64,000 nt of DNA from Eledone cirrhosa (lineage: Eukaryota), in assembly GCA_964016885.1 (NCBI GenBank), contig OZ024741.1, positions 346,208,001 to 346,272,000 of the forward strand, read 5' to 3'. Made by a program: the position numbers and the translations under genes. Positions 42,189-53,243 of the stretch are shown here, piece by piece; positions within the stretch are counted from its first letter, which is position 1; each line of letters begins with the position of its first letter. Below the pieces are notes generated by a model, which had not been told where the DNA came from, ran no database searches, and was given only the letters and a program-made list of their open reading frames with translations.

Positions 42189-43649
42189 TATATATATAAT
42201 TTATGTATGTATGTATATATATATATATATATATAACGTATGTATGTATATATATATATATAACGTATGTATGTATGTATATATATATATATATAACGTA
42301 TTTATGTATGTATATATATATATATAATGTATGTATGTATATATATATATAATGTATGTATGTATGTATGTATATATATATAATGTATGTATGTATGTAT
42401 ATATATATATATATAATGTATGTATGTATATATATATATATATAATGTATGTATGTATGTATATATATATATATATAATGTATGTATGTATATATATATA
42501 TATATATAATGTATGTATGTATGTATATATATATAATGTATGTATGTATGTATATATATATATAGTGTGTGTGTATGTATGTATGTATATATATATATGT
42601 ATATATATATAATGTATGTATATATATATATATATAATGTATGTATGTATATATATATATATAATGTATGTATGTATATATATATATATAATGTATGTAT
42701 GTATATATATATATATAGTGTATGTATGTATATATATATATATAATGTATGTATGTATATATATAATGTATGTATGTATATATATATATATATATATAAC
42801 GTATGTATGTATATATATATATATAATGTATGTATGTATGTATGTATATATATATAATGTATGTATGTATGTATATATATATATATATAATGTATGTATG
42901 TATATATATATATATATAATGTATGTATGTATGTATATATATATATATATAATGTATGTATGTATATATATATATATATATAATGTATGTATGTATGTAT
43001 ATATATATAATGTATGTATGTATGTATATATATAGTGTGTGTGTATGTATGTATGTATATATATATATGTATATATATATAATGTATGTATATATATATA
43101 TATATATAATGTATGTATGTATATATATATATATAATGTATGTATGTATATATATATATATAATGTATGTATGTATATATATATATATCATGTATCTATG
43201 TATATATATATATATGATGTATCTATGTATATATATATATATAATGTATCTATGTATATATATATATATAATGTATGTATGTACATATATATATATATAG
43301 TGTATGTATGTATATATATATAATGTATGTATGTATATATATATATAATGTATGTATATGTATATATATAATGTATGTATATGTATATATATATAATGTA
43401 TGTATGTGTATATATATATATAATGTATGTATATATATATATATATATAATGTATGTATATATATATATATATAATGTATGTATGTATATGTATATATGT
43501 ATAATGTATGTATGTATATATATATATATATTATGTATGTATATGTATATATATATTATGTATGTATATATATATATATATATATTATGTATGTATATAT
43601 ATATATGTAATGTATGTATATATATATATATATAATGTATGTATGTATG

Positions 43650-43683
<34 letters not shown>

Positions 43684-43760
43684 TGTATGTATGTATGTAT
43701 GTATGTATGTATGTATGTATGTATGTATGTATGTATATATATATGTATGTATATATTTAT
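42189..43760. repeat. Compound (TATG)n(TA)n minisatellite, ~20-30-bp variable units
   Basis: Repeating aatgtatgtatgtatatatatat units. Confidence 0.95.
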
Positions 43761-44370
43761 GTCAGGTCACCACTTGGTGCTACTGGTAACATGTATCCCA
43801 GTACAACCTGTCTCATGGTCGGGTCGTTGGCGTCTAAACTGGCAACCCCACCAAGGTTTCTTGGTGAGGAGGGTGACTTTGGACATTCTGCAGGACTAAA
43901 AACAAAACCTGTCAAAGGGCAAAGGAGCTCTTAAGAGTCAATGACCATCCAAAATGACTGGGAGAGATGACCCCTTAGCCTTTGTCAAGGCAGAATTCTA
44001 GGAGATGGAAAACTCTGATATAACACCTGCAACCCTGATGGTATCCAATGATGTTGACTTGTTCTTCTTTTTAGTAAATATCATCTTGGTTAAGAGAGTG
44101 GGACTCGCTTTGTGCAGTGCCTTTGCTCACTATAAAAGCTTCACGGCACAGGCATTGCTTTATATCTGGAGATCTCTCTGCACTTGTCGTCACATGGTAC
44201 CAAAGGCAAAGCACTATGTGTCGATAATTGTCACAAGTGTAGTGTTTGTACCAGAGTTTTCAAGTCGCTGGCTGGACTAAAAAGTCACACTCGTTCAGCG
44301 CATCGGTAGGGGTTCTCCTACATGGATATAAAGTAGTGGCCGTACTCGAAAACGAGTTGGCAGCCACCAT
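43761..44370 (+). mobile_element. Bipartite non-autonomous RTE-derived element (5' UTR joined to 3' end)
   Basis: RTE-like 5' UTR (ctaggaga.ggaaaactctga) joined to a terminal C2H2 remnant HKCSVCTRVFKSLAGLKSHTRSAHR*, a 3' hairpin ctcg aaaa cgag and an (ATGT)n tail. Three copies in the window. Confidence 0.75.
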
Positions 44371-44396
44371 GTATGTATGTATGTATCTATCTATCT

Positions 44397-44580
44397 ATCT
44401 AATACTACTCTATGACTGAGTGCGTGTCTGTGATGTAGTACAGTCAAAACGGCACATAATAGGAAAACACTTTGAAAGGAAGTTGTCCCTGAAATGAGAA
44501 TACAAACGATGTAGAACAAGTTTCGCCTAAATCGGAGCACAGTACCGAGTACCTTCATAGATAACCAACAGCTCCGTGAT
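44397..44580 (+). repeat. Dispersed repeat homologous to 39563-39750
   Basis: Shared core sequence. Confidence 0.55.
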
Positions 44581-44774
44581 AACCAATAACCCTGTCTCTA
44601 TATATTATAACGCCCTCTCTTTCTGTATATTCTAACCTCTCTCTATGAAATATAACCCCCTCTCTTTCACTATATTGTATATTTCTGTATATTGTAACCC
44701 TCTCTCTATATTTATTACTTGGGTCATGGCTGTTCTAGTAAATAATACAGACAGACATATATATATATATATAT

Positions 44775-45301
44775 AATTAGTAAAACATACCCATTCAAAG
44801 ATCCCCCCTGTGCTGATAGGAATTGCATAGTCTGCAAGCTAAGCCCGCAAACTAACTGCAAAACTAGGAACGTAGTATATAGCATGAGATGTACAGAGGG
44901 AGAGTGTAGGAATAATAACATAATATATATAGGTGTAATTTCCCGTAGCATAGGCGAAAGTAAAAGTGAACACTGGCGAGAACTCCAGGATGGGAAAAAC
45001 TCACCAGTACTCCACCAACATGCCAAAATAGAACATAGGGACACATTAGCGAACACAGAGATAAACATTATATCCTCAAACAGAAAAGATGCAATGCTTA
45101 GACAAATCACAGAGGCAACAAATATAAACGAACTTCAACCAAAATTAAACAGAAAACATGAGTGGAATAGCAACATCACAACTAGTAATTAAGGACAAAA
45201 TGAAGAGATACAGAGATACAAAAAAACCAAACTAACAAAACAAATCAGCTAAACAAATAGAACAAACAACCAACTAGTGACAAATAAATAAACACATAAA
45301 T

Positions 45302-45391
<90 letters not shown>

Positions 45392-45520
45392 GCACACACG
45401 GATATAACGCATGCGCAAACTAACCACACAACACACACTACACAAAAAAACAAGATGGTGTAGGACAGAAAATATAGAGACACAAAATAAAAACCTAGTC
45501 AATGAGGAGGTCACAGAATG
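44775..45520 (+). mobile_element. Penelope-like element 3' fragment (GIY-YIG plus pLTR), diverged relative of 16386-19151
   Basis: ORF 44884-45192 (RCTEGECR..YIG..LNRKHEWNSNITT). The pLTR hammerhead is decayed and truncated near 45497-45520. Confidence 0.88.
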
Positions 45521-45930
45521 GGGTTCGTGTTCCATGTACGTCAATACTCATCCTTCTTTTCCATTCAGAGGGTTGTTTTGAAATCCCAACTAACAGACTA
45601 ATTCTATTTAGTCAAATACGGGGTAAGCACATGTTACTACCTAATTTTCAAATTCGCTAGTCGTTTCTAAAGAAAGCTTACATTGTGTCTCCCTATTTAT
45701 ATACATATAAACACCTGCTATGGTTAAATAGTTTCTAATTAAATGGACTGAAGCATGGGTGGCGTGTTGGTGTAATGGTAATACATTGGTCCGGCAAACC
45801 ATAGATGTTTGTTTGTGTCCCATGTACGTCAATACTCATCCTTTTGTTTCCATTCAAAAGGCTTTTTTGAAATCCCATCTAACAGTCTAATTCTATTTAG
45901 TCAAAACGGTGTAAGCACATGTTACTTCCA
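45519..45930 (+). repeat. Two tandem copies of a tRNA-derived SINE-like repeat
   Basis: 45519-45640 and 45757-45928 share catgtacgtcaatactcatcc..gaaatccca.ctaacag.ctaattctatttagtcaaa. A box-like TGGTGTAATGGT at ~45771. Confidence 0.6.
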
Positions 45931-46104
45931 AATATATATATATTTATATATTAATATATATGATTCTCAATGTCCGTGTATGGAAATGTGTCATAGAAAG
46001 CAATATGCATATAGTTTTACATATAGAAACTTTCAAGCTTTTACAATCATTCAAACGTCAAAAGGAATGAAAACGAGGTAGCTGCTAAAATTGTATCATT
46101 GGTG

Positions 46105-46222
46105 TGAGTTCAAATCCCGCCGAGGTTAACTTTGCCTTTCATCCTTACGGGGTCGATAAAATAACGTACCAGTAATACACTGGGTATTTGCTGGCCTTGT
46201 GCCAATAGTAGAAACAATTAAT
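46105..46222 (+). repeat. SINE copy
   Basis: gagttcaaatcccgccgaggttaactttgcctttcatccttacggggtcgataaaataacgtaccag. Confidence 0.75.
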
Positions 46223-46262
46223 AGTGAAGAGAGGTAAATTTCGCAGGAAAAAAAAAATAAAT

Positions 46263-46819
46263 CAAATATATAAACAGTTTGTAAGGTATTATTTATAAAG
46301 CATATAAAAAGATATCACGGCAAAGAGAGAAATGGAGAGAATAGCAACCGCAACACAATCAATGGACAGCGCAGCAATTTAATAAAGCCGAATAAACGGT
46401 TTGGGGAATAAATAAAAGCATCTATAACGCAATAGCATACATAATATTTAGATCATCATCAAAATGAACAAAAGCAGTATGTTTCTAATGCTTATTACCA
46501 TCAGATTCAATTTCGACATTTTCAATTACTACCACTATTGTCGTCAGCACCATCATTGGCAGCAATATAACTAAAGACATATAAGATAGAGCGGAGATGA
46601 GGTAGTCATGGTTGTAAAGGTTATATTATGGTTGATGATTATTTTTAGGTCACTTCACTGATAATTTTGCAGTAGTATTGTGTAATGAAAATGTTTCGAA
46701 TAAGTATATAGACAAATATATATATATATATATTTGTCTATATACTTATTCGAAACATTTTCATTACACAATACTACTGCAAATTTATCAGTGAAGTGAC
46801 CTAAAAATAATCATCAACC

Positions 46820-46825
<6 letters not shown>
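46263..46825. repeat. ~450-bp segment duplicated in inverted orientation at 56563-57015; includes a 200-bp palindrome at 46624-46825
   Basis: Direct sequence comparison. The palindrome is centred on (TA)n at 46717-46732. Confidence 0.9.
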
Positions 46826-46865
<40 letters not shown>

Positions 46866-46867
<2 letters not shown>

Positions 46868-48533
46868 GATGAAGTTCAAGAGAGGTATCTTCTAGGGAGA
46901 TAGTCTGTCCCCTCTGTTGTTTGTCCTTGCCCTGATGCCCCTGACTATTATACTGCGAAAAGTGAGAGCAGGATACAAGTTGGGAAAGGGAGAGCTTAAC
47001 ATCAATCACCTCCTCTTCATGGACGATCTTAAGCTCTTCGGGAAGAGTGAGAAGGAGTTGGATGTGCTTGTTGACACTGTCCGTATTTTCAGCAATGATA
47101 TATGTATGCAATTTGGTGTTAGTAAGTGTGGAGTCCTTGTGATGACGAGTGGTAAATTGAGCAGAAGCAACGGAATCCAGGTACCAACAGGTGAGATGAT
47201 AAAGGAAATTGACACTATAGAAGGATACAAGTATTTTGGTGTTCTGGAGGCTGATGACATCAAGAATAAAAAAAAATGAAGGAATTGATAAGATCTGAAT
47301 ACATTCGGAGAGTAAGGAGCGTATTAAAGTCACATCTGAACAGTAGGAATGCCATAAGTGCAGTAAATTCCCGAGCTGTGTCTATTATTAGGTACAGTGC
47401 GGGAATTCTGAGATGGAATGTTGCTGAACCAAAAGAAATGGATAGGAAGACTAGGAAGCTATTGACTATCTACAACATGTTCCACAAGAGGAGTGATGTC
47501 GATAGACTCTACTTAAGGAGATCTGAAGGTGGAAGAGGTCTTATCAGCATAGAGGACTGTGTTCAGACGGAGAAAAACAACCTACACAAATACGTGACCG
47601 ACAGTAGGGAGCCAATGCTCAGAACTGTACTGAAGGAGAGGACAATAGACCAGGGGATGTCCAAGGAGGAAATAACAACAAGGAGAAAGAGCAGCCTTCA
47701 TGAAAAATCCCTTCATAGTACCTTCTTTGAGAAAACGGAATTCAGAGATCCACAGACATGGAACTGGTTGAAAAGAGGAGACCTTAAAAAGGCTACAGAA
47801 GGAATGCTAATGGCTGCGCAAGAGCAGGCCCTCAAAACGAAGTGGTTGAAATACCATATTTACAAGGAGGAGGCTAGCCCACTGTGCAGGATCTGTGGAG
47901 AGAGAGAGGAGACTGTGGCTCACATTGTATCCGAGTGTAAACACCTAGCCCAGACTCACTATAAGGGCTGGAGACATGATGTGATGGGCAGGGTGATCCA
48001 CTGTCACCTATGCAAAGTAAACAATTTACCACATTCTGAGAAGTGGTATGAGCTTAAGCCAGAGTCGGTGATAGAAAACGATCAGATGAAGGTGCTGTGG
48101 GATTTTAGGATACAGACGGACAAGAAACTGGAACACAATAGACCTGACCTGGTGGTTTTAGACAAGGAAAAAAGATCGTGCCTGATTGTGGATGTGGCCT
48201 GCCCATTCGACAAGAGAGTGCATGAGAAGGAGAGGGAGAAAATTAACCGATACCAGGACTTAAAGTGGGAGGAAAAAGGGATTTGGAACTGCCATGAAGT
48301 CAAAGTGGTCCCGATTGTCATAGGCGCACTAGGTACTATCTCAAAAAGTTTCCAGGGATGGTTAAAGAAAATTGGCCCCGCCACGATTTTTGGAACGCTT
48401 CAAAAGCCATGATTGCTGGGAACAGCAAGAACCCTCCGATACGTCCTGAATATCTGAGGCTGCAGGTAGTAGCTTGATATTCATTTCAACAAACTTTCCA
48501 GTTAACTAACATCAATGACTGCGACTCAAAGAA
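46866..48533 (+). mobile_element. R4/Dong-clade REL non-LTR retrotransposon, 5'-truncated, within (TAA)n
   Basis: RT (GIF*GDSLSP, HLLFMDDLK), CCHC (CRICG..ETVAHIVSEC) and REL endonuclease (RPDLVV..D..EK..Y). Flanked by (AAT)n on both sides. Confidence 0.92.
47276..48412 (+). pseudogene. R4/Dong ORF C-terminal part (thumb, CCHC, PD-(D/E)xK endonuclease)
   Basis: 378-aa open segment, frameshifted from the RT piece at 46917-47279. Confidence 0.88.
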
Positions 48534-48540
48534 CAACAAC

Positions 48541-48582
<42 letters not shown>

Positions 48583-48583
<1 letters not shown>

Positions 48584-49633
48584 TTCCATTACAAAAGATG
48601 CACAAAGATACAGTAATGGACTACAAATTTCAGAAGTCCCATTTACTGCTGAAATGGAAAACACAGAAAAAGCAAAGCAGGTAAAAGTAACTGCAAAGAA
48701 AGAACTGCTACAGAAACTGGCTAAGAAATGGCAAGAAAAGCCTCTGTATGGAAAATACCCAGAGCGAGCTAACAATCCTGATGTTGACAAAACTTTAACC
48801 CATCAGTGGTTGGCATCCTCTGGACTGAAATCGGAGACTGAAGGACTGATTATATCCGCACAAGATCAGTGTCTGCCAACAAAAAATTACCAAGCCAACA
48901 TAATAAAAAATGGGTGCAGCCCATTATGCCGTGTATGCAAAAAACAACCAGAGACCATTGACCATATAATTTCAATGTGCAGTCCTATAGCTCCAACCGA
49001 ATACCTAAACAGGCATGACAGAGCTGCACAATACATACATTGGATAATGTGTAAGCATTTTGACCTGCCCCATCAAAAGGATTGGTGGGAGCATCAACCA
49101 CCTCCCATACTTGAAAAAGATCACATCTCAATCTTGTGGAACTTTAGCATCCAAACAGACCGAAAAATAGATGCAAATAGACCTGATATAATATTGAAGG
49201 ACTTTCAAAGGAGGGTATGCCTGCTAATTGATATGTCTGTTCCAATAGACAAGAACGTATCTATAAAAACATTTGAAAAATTGAGCAAGTATAAGGACCT
49301 GGAGATAGAAATTGGAAAAATGTGGAAATTGAGAACTAAAACAATACCAGTGGTTGTAGGCGCTCTGGGAATGATACCTAAGGGGTCTAACGACTACTTA
49401 TCGCAAATCCCAGGAAACCCGCGTATAGGAGAAATACAAAAGATAGTACTAATGGGAACTGCCCATATACTAAGGAAGATCCTGTCAATATAAGTATATC
49501 ACAAGTCTAAACACTAAGGATGCATGTGTGAATATGTATGTTCTTTCTTGAACATGGCGGACCTTGTTGTCTCTTGAGGTCACTGGTTGTGACTTGGTGA
49601 TAACTCGTATAAACATAAAGCAAGATAAATGCA
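48583..49633 (+). mobile_element. Second R4/Dong-clade element (different family), 5'-truncated, within (TAA)n
   Basis: ORF 48654-49493 contains LKSETEG..AQDQ, CRVC..ETIDHIISMC, RHD and NRPDIILKD..EKLSKYKDL. (AAT)n on both sides. Confidence 0.92.
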
Positions 49634-49750
49634 AATAATAATAATAATAATAAATTTGAAGACTAAAATCCAAAGAGGGCTCGATAAGGATAAATATATA
49701 TCAAATATATAAGAACCGTAGAGCAAATATTTATTAAAATAACAGATTAA

Positions 49751-49801
49751 AGTTTAAGCATAGAATCGCTGCTTTCACCCTTAACAGGATCTTCTGAAAC
49801 T
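49751..49801 (-). ncRNA. Variant hammerhead (CAGAAGA core)
   Basis: Reverse complement: agttt CAGAAGA tcct gttaa gggt GAAA gca gcgattcta tgc TT aaact. Confidence 0.58.
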
Positions 49802-51126
49802 AAAAAAGTCAATCTGTGAACGCAGAACTAAATATTTCAAAAAAGGTTGCAACCGGAGGAAGACAGGAAGACGATACTTTGGTTGATGGAAACGTTCCCT
49901 GGCAAAGAACGGAAAAAAACAAACATAATACTTAATTATTTGGAGCGGTGAAAACAATTACACGCAAAGATAAAACCACGTTTATGGTATAAAAGAAGTC
50001 GTAGACTAATATTCTATTACGTGTTTCATAGAGACATTCTCTGGCAATGAACGGAAAAAACGAAGATAATACGTCATTATGCGACGGGATCTATTTTCCT
50101 AGGTCTATTCTCGTACTGCATTATATGGTGTAACCCACCATATAATATGGAGGTGGCCACACCATTAGCTAAGATCTTTCTCTCTCTTATTATGAAGTAT
50201 TTTCCCCCTACACATAAATAAAGTAACATTTTTAATAGAAATACCATTAAAATTTCTTACTCTACGACTCCTAACCTTGCACATAATATCACAGCTTCAA
50301 ATTTAGTTAAACTACCTAGCCGTAGGAACACGTGAAACCCTGTAACTAGTACTAACTGTAATTGTATGAATCGGGTTGACTGCCCCCTATCCGGGAAATA
50401 CCTCTCTAGTAAGATTGTCTACACATGTAAGGTTGAAATACCCACGTCCCGTAGGGCCTACATAGGATTAACCGCCAATAAATTCAAGCAGCGTCTTTAC
50501 ATGCATACCCATTCTTTTCTTAACCCTTTAAGAAGGAACATGACGTCACTTTCAGCTTATATCTGGAGTCTAAAAGACAACCACACCCAATATAAGTTAC
50601 ACTGGGAGATCCTAGATACGGCTAGATCTTATAACGGAAATAAAAGACCATGTGACCTCTGCGCCGCTGAGGCCCTGGAAATACTCTACGCCAAAGACCA
50701 CATCTTAAACAAAAAATCTGAGACAATTTCGGCTTGTAAACATAAATTGCACAACACTTTCCTGTATTACAGCCCCACATTATACCCTAACGGATAGTAC
50801 GATCTATACGCGGATAGTTTACGTCTTGATGTGGTAGATAAGTGTATGTTATGTTTATACCATTACTTATTTGTATGTTTTGTGAAGGTACGTATACTTT
50901 CTCGTACGTATATTTGCTTGTATATGTTATGGCGTATATATTATATATTCTGGTACATATGCATTTGGTTATGTGTATACCCGAGTTTTGCGTCTGTGTG
51001 AGTAGGGTGTGTTTTACTCCATATACGTCTGCGAACATATGTGTATTTACATATAGGTATGTGTGCGCGCGCGTTATATACGTATTTATTTATTTATATA
51101 CCCTTATTTACTTATATGTATACACG

Positions 51127-51167
<41 letters not shown>

Positions 51168-51778
51168 TGATATATATATTTTATGTGTATTTGGTGTATA
51201 CATTCGTATGTGTGCGGGTACAGGCGTTGCGTGGGTTCTGTATGTTCGTGCAGGTTTTTTTGTGTACGTGCTTGTATGTGTATACCTATGGCGAGTGTTT
51301 TCGCGTATGCTTGTGTATGTACGTACATGGATGCGAGTATGTATTTATTTAATTTCAATTACCTCTGTATTTTATGTACTTTATTCTTAACTCTGAAGCC
51401 GAGAATCATTCGGTTTCCTAGTTAGAATTTTAGTCTACGACTTCAGTTATACCCTTTACGAGGTTTTGTCTTTGCGTGCAATTGTTCTCCACGCTCCACA
51501 TAATGACGTATTATCTTCGTTTTTTTCCGTTCATTGCCAGAGAACGTCTCCATGAACCACGTAATAGAATATTAGTCTATGATTTCTTTCATACCATAAA
51601 CGTGGTTTTGTCTTTGCTTGTAATTGATTTCAGCGCTCCAAATAATGACGCATTATCTTCGTTTTTTCTGTTCTTTGCCAGATAACGTTTCCATGAACCA
51701 AAGTATCGTCTTCCTGTCTTCCTCGGGTTGCAACGTTTTTTTAAATATTTAATTCTTCGTTCACAGATTGATTTTTTT

Positions 51779-51829
51779 AGTTTCAGAAGATCCCGTTAAG
51801 GGTGAAAGCAGCGATTCTTTGCTTAAACT
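51779..51829 (+). ncRNA. Variant hammerhead (CAGAAGA core)
   Basis: agttt CAGAAGA tccc gttaa gggt GAAA gca gcgattctt tgc TT aaact. Confidence 0.6.
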
Positions 51830-51859
51830 TTAATCTGTTATTTTAATAAATATATATAC

Positions 51860-53181
51860 CCCAAACCCAGGAATGAACCGCAACAGAAAACTCTACCATA
51901 CATCTACACACACATCCCCTGAACAATGAGGCATTCGACACCATCCCCCAGAACATTCCTTTACTGAAAAGAGACCCAAGAATAAACAAAATCCTCCAAA
52001 CACACAATATCATAAAGAGCAAAAGACAACCTAAATCCATAAAAAAGATCCTCACACTAGCCAAAATCCAAAAAAAAAAACATCACAATGAACCCTACAG
52101 TAACAAAATGTGAAAGGCCCAACTGTTGCATATGCATAAATCTAATAGAAGGTTCAACATTCCACTTTAAACAAGGACAACATTTCACAGTTAAACACAA
52201 CTTTACATGAGCATCTGAAAACCTAATTTATGTTTTGACCTGCTCAGGTTGTCAAGAGCACTACTTAGGACAGACAAAAAACAGCCTCCGACAACGTATG
52301 ACCGTCCATAAATCACAAATCAAAAGACAGGAATACAGAAAGATTGCATTCAGTGAACATATCGCCAATTGTGCACCCAACCAACATCCAAACCTTAAAA
52401 TGTTTCCCCATTTACAAATTCATAGACAACGCTACTTTCATCCGTAGTACCAATAAGGAAACGTATTTCATTAACAAATTCCAACCTCTACTTAATGCAT
52501 TAAACTTCGGACTAAACTAAAACTGGAACGAACAATCAAACATTTACAAATACCTATGACTCTCTAAAGAGTCGCCGCCCTTACACCCTACTTAATCCTT
52601 TTTCTTAAATAAATTAAATATCATCCAGCATGAATTACCTCCCCTTCCATATTAACGCTCTAAAAAGGGAAATCATATCAAACCCCAGTCCACCATTTTC
52701 CTCCATCATGGATCAACTAAGCACTCTTGCTATATTAAAACATTTTGATCTGCTTATCTTCAAGAACTATGCCTGTAAATAACATTATTTTTTCTTTCAC
52801 ATTGACTTATTATGCTCCACATTACGCCCCTTTTTTTCTTTTTTTCTTTTTTCTTTTCACTTCATAAACCGTGTTTCTAAATAACATTATTCTTTCTGCA
52901 CCATTTCTTTAACATGTCCAACACCACCATTCTACACCAATACATATTATTATCATTTGATAATGCATAAAAATGCTGAAACCGGTAATAGACAATTATT
53001 AAATATATAAATAATTAAATAAATGCCATTGTTAATTAATAAATAAATCACCTAATACCTTAACACTTCACACAAAATAAAATATTTCGTTTTAATCATT
53101 TTCTAATCCAGAAAAAAGAGAAAAAGAAATAAAAAGGGAAACAAATATATATTTTTTCCTAATAATCGTCTTTTTCTCCGT

Positions 53182-53190
<9 letters not shown>
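51860..53190 (+). mobile_element. Penelope-like element 3' fragment (Neptune-like Cys linker plus GIY-YIG) with decayed pLTR hammerhead
   Basis: CERPNCCIC..NLIYVLTCSGCQEHYLGQT..LRQRMTVH. Decayed motif tTGATAA tgcat aaaa atgct GAAA ccgg TA at 52957-52987. Confidence 0.8.

Positions 53191-53241
<51 letters not shown>

Positions 53242-53243
<2 letters not shown>

Larger units (their letters stand above)
49650..51850 (+). mobile_element. Naiad-type Penelope-like element (family A, copy 2) with 5' inverted pLTR
   Basis: GIY-YIG ORF 50366-50797 (IVYTC..AYIGLT..FKQR). The pLTR matches 23670-24780, and 49650-50080 is an inverted pLTR. Confidence 0.9.

Noticed and set aside
42079-43934. Long YI/YV/HT-rich ORFs (also at 12052-12722, 26298-26794, 20937-21393 and elsewhere)
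   Set aside because: These are translations of (TA)n/(CA)n/(TATG)n microsatellites with no coding signal.
50330-50340. In-frame TGA in Naiad copy 2 where copy 1 has TGT (possible selenocysteine, as reported for some Naiads)
   Set aside because: It is a single decayed copy, the codon lies outside the conserved CNC/CPL cysteines, and I recognised no SECIS. A point mutation is simpler.
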